From NCBI GenBank assembly GCA_051294375.1, contig CM119263.1, positions 13,127,163 to 13,191,162 on the forward strand: DNA of 64,000 bases, in the 5' to 3' direction. This document shows positions 10,301 through 22,300 of the stretch, piece by piece; the stretch's first letter is position 1, and each line of letters begins with the position of its first letter. This stretch comes from Paraspadella gotoi. Taxonomy: Eukaryota; Animalia; Chaetognatha. The position numbers and the translations under genes are program-made. Under the pieces are notes generated by a model. It ran no database searches. It was not told where the DNA came from and saw nothing but the letters and a program-made list of their open reading frames with translations.

Positions 10301-13300
10301 TTTCTGTTGGAATGGCCTGGTTTTTTAAAGAAACTTCCTCGCTTTGGTCAATAATATTGTCTAGTTTATTTATAAATCTTGCAGCAAATCATGGATTTAA
10401 TTACTTTTACACTTTTTTTAAAGTAAAGGCAACTCTCACCATTTGTGACATAAATACAAAAATTGTGGTAAGTATGTTATTAAGATTATTCTTCATTTCT
10501 TAAACCCTGCTAGCTAGCAGAGACTGAACAGGTCTTAGTCTTGGAACCAGGGGTGGCTACGCCCTCGAAGAGGTTTATGGCCATCCTCACGCTTCCCGTA
10601 GGGCAGGTACCGAGTTGGGATTCAACCCGGTATCTCGTGGTCATGGAATCAATTGATTGAACCGAGGCAACGCGCGCGACAAGTATTTTATATTTATTAT
10701 GGTTAAATTGCTTGCCTTTGTGCGGCAAATAAATTTCTATGAGGTTTCAGTAGTATAAATTTTATATACCAATTAGTAGTTATGACCAAATCGGTTCATC
10801 CAATGTGTTGCTCCGTAATAACTTTATTTTCACGTGCATTTCCCTTTTATCACATGAAATGACGTGACATGACATTATCCCGTTTATTTATGACATGCTC
10901 TGATCTGAATCGTAATTCTGTCTTTTATTTCTTATAGTTTTATGATTCCCAAGTAAGTTGGACTGACCGACGGACAGACATTCTGACAGATCGACCGAAA
11001 AGTGACTTATAGAGTTGCCCCGCGAGTACTCACGGCGCAACTAAAAACTATTACGAATTCGGTTAATTTTGTTAAAAATGTAAAATCAGAGGATCGAACA
11101 TGGGACAATCCCTTGTAGGTCGCGCAATCACTACAATTAATCAATCAAGAATTAGAAAGAAAATCATTTTGTTTTAACTTTAATTATAATTAATGTAGAT
11201 CGTATGGCAACAGCCGGGTTGCCTGTGATGCCCATTGGGATGGGGCATCTCACTGTTGGCTTTGGGGCTTCCGACCCTCAGTGACGCCTCCAGTCACTGG
11301 CGCGGTTACCCTAGGACGGTCTCGCTTTGCCAACGCAGAGGGAAGTCGTTAGGACTGTGGATGGAACACTACGCCTGGGATGGTGTGTTCCCCCTCTGAG
11401 CCAATGGATTTGGCTGACGGATGGTGGATGTGAGGCGGATGAATATACCGCCACAGGATCCCCGGGCCAAGACATCACTCAGGTTCCTCAAGCCTGAGAG
11501 GTGTCTGACAAGACTGTTACCATAGTGGGAGAGAGAGAGAGAGCGCGAGTTGTGGGGGCATAGGCGTTTGTCGTAGCGTACCCCAGGGGCATAGGCGTTT
11601 GTCGTAGCGTACCCAAAGTCGGCAGGGCATAGGCGTTTGTCATAGCGTACCCTGAGAAGGTTGCGTGTTCGATAGTAGGGCTCACCACTTATGGCAACAG
11701 CCGGGTTGCCTGTGATGCCCATTGGGATGGGGCATCTCACTGTTGGCTTTGGGGGCTTCCGACCCTCAGTGACGCCTCCAGTCACTGGCGCGGTTACCAG
11801 GACGGTCTCGCTTTGCCAACGCAGAGGGAAGTCGTTAGGACTGTGGATGGAACACTACGCCTGGGATGGTGTGTTCCCCCTCTGAGCCAATGGATTTGGC
11901 TGACGGATGGTGGATGTGAGGCGGAGTGAATATACCGCCACAATCGAATCAAATATTATTTAAAGCCTTAACAAGAATTCCAAGACTTTTGTTTTCTTCT
12001 CCAAAGTAATGATTCACCAAGAGATGTCTCAACGGATTTTACTTTTGTTAATGATTGTTTTCTTTAACTGATTGTTATCTGAATTACTTCAGACTGGTTT
12101 TACCTCTCAAAGAATAAACATGATCAACTTTTATTCTTTCTCTCTTAATGTAAATAAGTACATTTGATAGAAGAGAAAACTCAGATCACTTAACTGAAAC
12201 AATTGGATACAACATTGTGCTTTCCCTGCGATATACCATACTCAGTGGAGGACTTCGATACTGTGCAATCTTAGCCACACTTGGTAAGCACGACGCAAAC
12301 CAAAGCCAACCTTCAACCAAGAACTGGAGCAACCAAATCTTTTCCGAGGTAAGATTGGATGTGAGAATTGGGATTAAGCGAATCCATCCAATCCGCTGAC
12401 ACCCTTTTCCCCTTTCTCCACTTACCCCATCCTTCAATCAAAACGACGACGCCGTCGACGAGCCGATGAGCGACGCCGACCACCGCTACGCCCTCCGCTC
12501 CACTCAGCGCGACACGGAGAGCCAGCGAGAGGGTACGACGTTACAGCTACCTTTCGGTTTCGGGCGAGGACGACGATCAGCTTCGACGTCGCCAAACTTC
12601 GCCGACGCGGCGCCAACATTCAACTATCAGGCCAACGACGCCGTCATGGCAACTGGTGGCGCCACAGACAGGGAGTTACGCGGCGAGAACGAGGAACTAC
12701 GCGCGGCGCTGGCCGCGGCAACTCGGGCCCTGGAGCGGGCATCAAATCGGAAGCCCGATCTCCCCGAGTTCGACACAGAGAACATCGAGATCTGGATACG
12801 CAGAGTAGAGGCCGCCTACACTCGAGCGGGGATTTCGGCGCCGAAAAGTAAATTGCCCACTTAGAATCTAAGATCGCGGTTAAGGTTGATCCGAAGATCA
12901 ATCAATTCCTTTTCGGCGAGGCGACAGAGGCGGCTTGGAACAGTTCCTCCTCTACTTACGAACGGAATACGGCATTACCCGGCGCCAGCAGGCTGCAACC
13001 CTACTCGACGCCCTGGACGCCGACGGTCTCAAACCTTCCAAGCTTCTTGCCCAACTCGAGGAAAAAACTAGGTCACTCACTATCGACGACGTCCGAAAAG
13101 AGAAAATTTTAAGAGAACTCCCAACTGAAATACGCCGTCAGCTGGAGGAAAAGGCCGAGGATCTCTCGGCGAGCGAATTATGCCGACTGGCCGACCACCA
13201 TTACGACAACGAGGGCAACCTCAAGTTGCGTCAGACACCGTCCCTCGTCAGCAACGTCGATCAAAATCTCCGCGAGCGAGAGCGCCAGCCCTCAACATCC

Positions 13301-16300
13301 GATGATGACGACGCGATCAACGCGCTCGGAAAATTTCAAAGGAAAAGCGCCAACGGCAAGAAACGCCAAAGCCAGCCAAAGGGGAAGCCAAAAGGCAAGC
13401 TCCTCACCATCTGCAGTAAGCATGCACGCTTTGGAGATGAAGCCTGGTCGTGCGAGCCGGGCTGCGCTAAATTTGATGAGACGCAAAAGCGCCGTGAGGG
13501 AAACGGCAAAGGGGGACGCCGGCGGTGAGCGCCGTTCCCCAATTTCAATCTCGTTCACCAGCATCAAGTGATTTATTGTACATACGCGACTCAGAGACTC
13601 GAATGAAGTGGCTGGTGGACGGTGGAGCGCTATTGTCTATTACTCCTCCGACAAAAGAACAACGAGAACGGGGAGCCGATCCTGAGATGAAGTTACAAGC
13701 TGCCAACGGATCACCTATCAATTGCTATGGCACAGAAAAGAAGACCGTCACTTTAGGCAAACGTCGATTCGACTATGAGTTCGTCATAGCCGACGTGACT
13801 CAAAACATACTCGGTGCGGATTTTCTGGCGGAAAATTTTCTCGCCCCAAATCACCGAGATGGTTTGCTGATGGATCTTCAGGATTATTCGACCATTGCAG
13901 CTTCAACATCCTCAGAAACCTCGACTCATGTAAGCTTCGTGGACAGGAAGGGCGAAAAGTTCTATAAACTATTAGAATCATTTCCTTCTCTCTCGACGCC
14001 AACTTTCGAGCTTAAGGAGCCTCGACATGGCGTCACGCATTCAATTCCAACCGAAGGCCGGCCTTGCCAATCACGAGCGAGGCGCCTGGACCCTGAAAAA
14101 TTGGCGGTGGCGAAACGAGAGCTCGAGAAGATGGTTTCGCTCGGAATCGCCAAGCGCGGGAAGTCAGAATGGTCTTCTCCTCTCCACGTCGTGGCGAAAC
14201 CGGATGGAGGATGGCGCTGTTGTGGCGATTATAGGCGCCTCAACGCCCAAACAATAGACGATTGCTACCCCGTCAAGCTGCTAACTGACTTCAACGCGCA
14301 GTTGGAGGGTAAGACGATCTTTTCAAAGATCGACTTAAAGGCTACCACCAGATACCAGTCAACCCTGACGACGTCAAAAAGACTGCTGTAATTACCCCCT
14401 TTGGGCTATACGTCTTTCCCTGCTGCCCATTTGGGTTAAAAAATGCGGGGCAAGATTTTCAGCGTCTTATGGACGAGATTCTGGGAGACGTGCCTCACAC
14501 CTTTGTTTACTTAGACGACATCTTGGTCGCCTCGTCGTCCCCAGAGGAGCACCTTCAAGACCTTGAACGGGTGTTCAAGACCCTCGACGCAAGCGGATTG
14601 GTAGTAAATACCAAGAAGTGCCTCTTGGGACAAGAGTCGCTGGAATTTCTCGGTTTCTTGGTCGACAAAAACGGAGTACGACCCCTTCCAGAACGAGTTC
14701 AGACGCTGAGAGAGACAACAAAGCCAACAACGATCAAAGAGCTGCAAAGGTTTCTCGGGATGATTAACTATTATCGCCGATTCGTCCCGAAGGTTGCTCA
14801 TCGTTGCGCGGCACTCTACGAGGCCCTCAGCGGGAAGCCAAAGACGCTCAACTGGACAGAAGAATGTGAAACAGCTTTCGAATCCATCAAAGAAGGCCTT
14901 ATCCAAGCAGCCCTGCTTCACCATCCCAGAACCGGTGCGCAGCTGTGTGTGACGACGGATGCATATGACCATGCAGTGGGGGCCGTACTCGAGCAGCGGG
15001 GCCCAAAGGGTTGGGAACCGCTGGCCTTTTTCTCGGCCAAGCTGGCAAAAAACCAGAAATTATGGCCACCGTTCGATCGCGAACTTTACGGCGTTTTCCG
15101 CGCCGTCCGCCACTTCCGCCACTGGATTGAGGGAAGAAACTTTACTATCTATACCGATCATCAAAGTCTTGTGCCCGCACTCAAAAAGAAAAGCGAACCA
15201 CAAACGGCGCGACAAGCATATCAGTTGTCCGTGATCGCTGAATACACCACGGACATACGATATCTGAAAGGTAAAGCTAACGTCGTCGCGGACGCGCTCT
15301 CTCGACCGAACAACCAGCCAGCGACAACCCCGCCGCATCAGGAATCAGTTCAAAGCGAGAAAACAGCGAAAAAACCAGTCTCAGCTATCTCGACAAGCCA
15401 AACGACGACCACCGCTGACTTTGCGCCGAAAATTCGTTCGGAAATGGCGAAGCCAGCCACGTCGACTTGTCAAACAACAGCTACCGACAACTTTGCGCCG
15501 CAAAATCGTTCAAAAACGACGAATCCAGCTACCTCGATGCGCCAAACGACACCCACCGCTGCCTTCGCGCCGAAAATTCATTCGGAAATGGCGAATCCAG
15601 CTCAGCCGCCTGGCCAAACAACAGCTACCGAAAAAGCGATCAAACCTAACCGACTCGAGGATGCCGAGGCGGTGATAGCTTCACTCACGACGTTCGAGAT
15701 TGATTTTGAACAGATGGCCAGAGAACAGAGCCTCGACTCCGACTTCCAAAGAATTGCTGAAGACTCGAGATCCGGCTTGACCTTTAGAAAAATACAAGTC
15801 GGCGATCAACAATTACTGGCAGACATCTCGAACGGCCCGGCCAGACCATTTGTTCCTGCAGCATGGCGTCGGAAGATTTTTGATGTCATACACGGCCTCG
15901 GCCACCCGGGCGTTGAGGCAACTCGAAAAGCTGTAGCATCAAAATTTGTATGGACAAACATGAAGCAGGATGTAAGTAAATGGGCGAGAGAATGCATCGA
16001 CTGTCAAAGAGCAAAAGTGACAAGACATATAGTACCAGAAATTGGCGAGTTCAAGATCCCTCCTCGCAGATTCCAACATCTAAACTTAGACTTAGTCAAG
16101 ATGCCCACCTCAAACGGCTTCAAACACCTTCTCACAATCGTCGATCGATTTTCGAGGTGGCCAGCGGCGATTCCAGTGAAGGATACGCTAACGTCAACGA
16201 TTCTCGACGCCCTCAGCCATGACTGGATTAGTATCTTCGGAACGCCGGCAATCATCACGACTGACAGGGGAACTCAGTTCAACTCAACACTCTGGAGACA

Positions 16301-19300
16301 GCTCATGCAACAGTGGGGCATAAAACATCAAATGACCACGTCTTATCACCCCCAGGCAAATGGCCTGGTAGAAAGATTCCACCGAAGATTAAAGGAATCT
16401 CTTATTGCCTTAGCGAGATACGACAAGGAGAGTTGGTATTGGAAGTTGCCTCTAACTCTCCTCGCAATACGGACAACAGTGAAGGAGGACATCGGCGCAT
16501 CGGCCGCCAACATGGTTTTCGGCGAAGGTATAAGCATACCTGGCAACATGCTGGGCAACTCTCAAATCGACAATGCGGAGCTTCACCGCCAACGGCAAAA
16601 CCGTTTATCCAATCTCCGCGTCAAAGTAGCCCGTCTCCAACCGACACCGACCTCAGCGCATCGACAGCCGACAACGCACCTCCCGGCCAGTCTGGAGTCC
16701 GCGCAGTACGTCTTCGTAAGACGAGCAGGCATCCACCCATCTCTAGTGCCTCCTTACGAAGGCCCATATCGCGTGGTTAGCAGAAACGGCTTAAACATGA
16801 CAATAGAAATTCCAAGCACTGGCAGAGAGGTCGTCAATATCGCTCGAGTGAAGCCAGCGTGGATCAGCGACGAAGCCCTGGAGGCCGATGAGGTGGAGAC
16901 ACGCCCACGTCGCCGCCCAGGCCGCCCGCCGGGCCCCAGAACTCGAACGCCCGCGCCAACAACGAGGGAGACGAGATCGATGACTCGACGCGCCACCACT
17001 CTTCCTCCTCCTCCTCTTCCTCCTCCTCCTCCCCCTCCTCTCTCCCCTTCCCTTCCCCAACACCCCCCACCTTCCTCCGACCCACCCCCATCACCTTTGT
17101 GTTGTTTTCTCCCAACTTCCTCTTCTCCGCGCCTTCCCCGCTCGTCTTCTCAAACCTCAAAAAGAAATAACAACAACAACAAGGAAAAGGAATTCGAGCC
17201 AACGTGGAGGATTTCAAAGCCAACACCGGAAAACTTTTCAAGCGAGAACAACAACAACAACAACCGTCCTACATATGCAGTAGTTCTAAGAGAAATGCTC
17301 CGCCGACAAAAAGACGAAAACTCCGATTGTTAATTGTACATATTAGACAAATATTGTGTATTTTAAAGATTTTTGATATTTTTTTTTTTTTTTTTTGGAT
17401 TCCGTATTTTGAGAATATTGAATTTTGAATGTTTTGGAGTCAGTCATTAGTCTATATACGATTCGATATATATTCGTATATATTATTTTTATTTTTTTTA
17501 TTGATATATATAAATACCCTACATATCTCAACAGGGGGGCATGTAGATCGAATCAAATATTATTTAAAGCCTTAACAAGATCCAAGACTTTTGTTTTCTT
17601 CTCCAAAGTAATGATTCACCAAGAGATGTCTCAACGGACTTTACTTTTGTTAATGATTGTTTTCTTTAACTGATTGTTATCTGAATTACTTCAGACTGGT
17701 TTTACCTCTCAAAGAATAAATATGATCAACTTTTATTCTTTCTCTCTTAATGTAAATAAGTACATTTGATAGAAGAGAAAACTCAGATCACTTAACTGAA
17801 ACAATTGGATACAACATTGTGCTTTCCCTGCGATATACCATACTCATGGAAGGACTTCGATACTGTGCAATCTTAGCCACATTAACAAAATTATTACAAA
17901 TTAGAACAATTGCACTAATGACTCTTACTCTTAACATCAGCAGCAGCCTATTAACTGCTTGCGCCACTCCTGCTTTTTAAATTTGGTTATTCTCAAGTTG
18001 AGGCGACTTACCACCGGTCTTTCTCTCTAAACCCTTTCTCTCTCCTCTTTCTCCGAGCCGGTCTATCCACACGGTCACTTTGCCCTATCTTTGGCAATGA
18101 CCTTAGATTGACCGGACAAAGTAATAGTGCCGAGGCGACCGTAAGGTCAAGTTGGTCCGGGCGATGATAAAAGTGGATCAGGAGAGAGCTAGTCTCACTT
18201 CTTTTGTACTTCTCTTACATCGTCACAAAGTGTTCCTTATATTTTTGAATTCTTTTTACATTATGACCATCATATGCAAACCAGCATATAATATAGGAAA
18301 AATTGTTTATTTTAAATCGCTATATCCCCTGAAATAGTATAATTTTTCCCCTTTTTTTCAATTTTTTTTCAGAACATCGAATTATGATAAATTATGCAAA
18401 AAAAAAAACGATGTCCGTCCGTCTGTCTGTCCGTCCGTCCGTCCGTCCCACCTTACCAAAAAACTCTAATTACTCGTGATTGGATGGATGGATTGGAATG
18501 AAATGTTGTGTGTGGGTAGGGAAGTATGTGGTTGAGCTGGATATGAAGTTTCGATGGAATCGTCCGAGTGGATATGAGTTTAAATGGAAAAAACAAAATA
18601 TATATTTCACTATTTGAACACCAATTACTCATGAGTGGATGGGGCCATTGACTTGAAATTTTGTATTTGGGTAGAAAAGTGGAAATCAAGTTTCGATGGA
18701 ATCGTTTCAGTGGAAATGAGTTTAAATGGAAAAAACAAAGAACCTGTTTCACTAATTATGCTTTTTTTCTTTTTATTTTAAATGTAAATGCAAGATGTAT
18801 TAATTAATCAAATAATTAATCAGTTAATTAATCAATTAGTCAATTATTTAATCAATAATTAATTAATCAGTCAATCAATCAAAAACATTTCGGATCAAAT
18901 TAATTACTTGCCTAATTAATTAAATAATCAACTTGAATTAATTAATTACATAATTAACTTGAATTAATTATTAATTAATTAATTAACGATAATGATCGTG
19001 GGCACATCTGACATTGTTTGCTCAAACTTGTTTATTTAACTTTTCCTTCCTACTAGGAAGATTTGGCTCTTACTTTCTCTACTATAATCATTTTTCCTTG
19101 ACTTTCTATATAAATTTTATCTTCTGTCTGCACCCACTAGATCTTCACAAAATAGCAATTCTTTTTTTAAATTTTTATTATCTTAAATCTTTTAAAAATG
19201 TTTTGTTGATATTTTTTAACTAGTATTTTTCTTATATTCTATTGTATTTTATTCTTTTTCTTATTCTTTATCTTGATCAAAGCATTTTAATCATATATAA

Positions 19301-22300
19301 AACATCAAAACAAAAATAATATTATTTTGATTTATAAATTTTTTTTGCAAATACCAAAACAATATTAGTGCCGCAGTAACAGTTCAGTTTAAGCCCTTGA
19401 AAATGATTTACATGTATTGGCGCAGCCATTAGTTTTTTCCGGTTACTTAACTTTTCTTTCTTACGAGGAGGATTTCTATTTTTTTTCATTACTATGCGCA
19501 TTTCCTTTTACTTTCATAAAAATTTGCTCTTCTGTCTGCACCCACTAGATCTTCACTTGCATCTGTTTATACAAAATAACAAATTTTTGCTTGTATGAGT
19601 TTTTATAAACCAGATGGTTCTATAAACAAAAGAGCATTTAAAAAAAAAATAGCAAACAATTTTAATTTAAGTACATCCACCAGAGCTTTTAATCTTTTTT
19701 TTTAAACGACCTTATTAAATATTTTTAAATTTTGACCCTTTTCTAACAGAAGGCTTTAAAAAAAAATTTTTTATAAGACAATGGAACATTTAAAATAAAC
19801 TTTATCTGCATCCACTAGATCTTCATTTGCACCTGCTCTTTAACAAAATAGCAATTCTTTTTTTGAATTTTTATTATCTTAAATCTTTTAAAAAATTTTG
19901 TATCACATATTTTTTTAATTTTATTTTATTTTAAAATTAATTCAATTACTCTATAAATGTTTTTTATAATATTACCAAAATAATAAATAGTAAATACTTT
20001 TAATAAAATTTTAATCTTAAATAATACAAATTAAAAAAATTATGCAAGTTAAAAATGTAGTAAACAAAAATAATATTATTTTGATTAGTAAAATATTTTT
20101 GCAAGTACCAAAATATTATTAGTGCCACAGTAACAGTTCAATTTAAGCCCTTGTAAACGATTTACATGTATTGGCGCAGCCACTGTTTTTTTTCAGTCGC
20201 TCCTCTTCCGAATTGTTCAAAACAAAATGAGCTCTGCTGCGGCTGAAAGTTGCGCGTTTTTCTCTTTCTTTCTCGCTCATTTCATTCAATTCATTTCATT
20301 CAATTCATTTGATTCATTTGATTCAATTATTTTCATTCAATTCATTTCATTCATTTAAATCAATTCATTCATTTTATTCTATTTTTAGGCTTACCCTCAT
20401 TGTGTTAGATGTTCTTTGAGCTCAATAAAACTTTGGAAATTTAGCACACCCTATGGTTGTAGTTGTTATAATAATTGTTGTTGTAGCTTGCATTTATATT
20501 TAATATAAACGAGTTTGAGCAAACAATGCCGGATCTGCCCACAATCATTAGCGGTAAGCAGCTGATCAGATAATTAATTAATTAATAAATTAAATAAATA
20601 ATTAATTAATATTAATTTTTTTATTCATGTTAAAATCGTTTTCCACTTTGTCTCCCCTCTCAATCACAAAACAACAATCTCGATCACAAAAAAAATAAAA
20701 TAATTAATTACAAATAATTAATTACTTATTTATTAAAAATTAATCAATACAGCTTGAATTTACATTTAATATGAAATAAGCATAATCAAATAGTGAAATA
20801 GATTTTTTGTTTTTTCCATTTTAACTCATTTCCACTCAGACGATTCCATCTAAACTTCAAATCCAGCTCAATCACACACTTTCCTACCCACACACAAAAT
20901 TTCATTCTTATCTATCCTTCCAATCCCGAGTAATTGGTGTTTTTTGCTAAGGTGATACAGACAGACGGATGGACGGACATCATTTCTTTGCATAATTTAT
21001 CCTCATTCGATGTTCTGACATGATCTAAGTGAATGTATGCTTGACAAGATTGTGAGGGTTGACCGACGGACCGACAAAGTGAATTCAAGAGCCGGAATCT
21101 GCTGTAAGCAGATCTGACTAAAAAAGGAAAATGAAATATTAAGATTTGTTTTTTGTTTTTTTTCCATTTAAATTTATTTTCACTTGAACGATTCCGTCAA
21201 AATTTGATTTTCAGCTCAATCATGAACTTTTTTACCCACACACAAAATTTAAAGTCAATCACCCGATTGAGTAATTGGATTTTAAAGCTAAGAGGGGGAC
21301 GGACATCGTTTTTTTTTAATTAATTTTTTAGCATTGTGTTAATCCTTTCGGCTTCGTTGAGTATAGGATTTAACAAAGTTTGGAAATATTTTCGTCAACG
21401 ATTTTATTTATTATACGGACATGTTTCGACTCTTCATTTCGAGTCTTCATCAGCGGTAATGATGCATTAACAAATTTGTGTAAAAAGAGAGGAGAGAGAG
21501 AGAGAGAGTGAGAGAAAGAGAGAGAGAGAGAGAGGGCTAAAAGTTTCCAACACAGAGATAGTGGTTAAAGAATGAGTACAGTTTGAGTTCAGGACAGATC
21601 AGTTGTGAAAGAGAGAGAGAGAGAGACAGAAGGAGAAAGGGAGAGAGAGAGAGAGAGAAATAGGGAGAGACAAAATAATACATTATGTAATGTACAACAA
21701 GGAATAAGTTTAAACTAATGGTGAGTTTAACAATTATTCTAGTAATAAATAGATAGTAATGAAAGGAAAGAAAGTTTTTAAATGTGAAATGATACATTTT
21801 GTGAGGGATAGATAAGTGACTGTTATAGTGAAAAATTAAGAATTAAGATAGAGCTCAAAATGAGCTGGCCCCCCTTGGTTTATGCAAATGAAAGGCCTTA
21901 ACGATGAAGACGGGTCATTGACGTGTCATTGGTTGAGATGACAATTCTGTTGAGTTTATTGCCGTTGCATTAGGTAGGCTTCCTTGCGTATAATAAATAA
22001 AATCGTTGACGAAAATATTTCCAAACTTTGTTAAATTAATTTTTTATAATTTGATAACCTAAAATGATTTAAGCGATTGACCGACTAAACTACAGGGGTA
22101 ACTGACAGACCAACAAAGTAGATATGTCGCTCCGCGCTTAGAAAAAAGTCCTAAAGAACGAAGCGGTTTCTGATAATTTTAGTTCCTAGCAATTTTTGCA
22201 CCAGTAGCGCAGTATATATCGCAAAACCATGGATGATTTCTGAAACTGCAATGTTTGGGTTATCCAACGCAGCCGGAACAAAGAAAATCCATAAGGGTTT

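Larger units (their letters stand above)
11194..17881 (+). mobile_element. Ty3/Gypsy LTR retrotransposon, CsRn1-like clade, near full length
   Basis: TG...CA LTRs: 5' LTR 11194-12279 (interrupted by the TRIM) and 3' LTR 17542-17881 (340 bp); TSD TTAA; PBS tggtaagcacgacg at 12282; PPT aggggggca 17533-17541; domain order gag-PR-RT-RH-IN; Gag knuckle C-x2-H-x9-C-x3-C. Confidence 0.96.

Noticed and set aside
11556-11652. 28-bp repeats with spacers could be read as a mini CRISPR array
   Set aside because: Spacers are only 3 and 10 nt, the context is a eukaryotic TRIM, and no cas genes are present.
11369-11885. ORFs within the TRIM
   Set aside because: They cross LTR and tandem-repeat boundaries, have no recognisable motifs, and are expected by chance in GC-rich DNA.
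17950-18227. GC-richer segment ending cgtcaca, a possible solo LTR
   Set aside because: No matching other end or TSD could be found.
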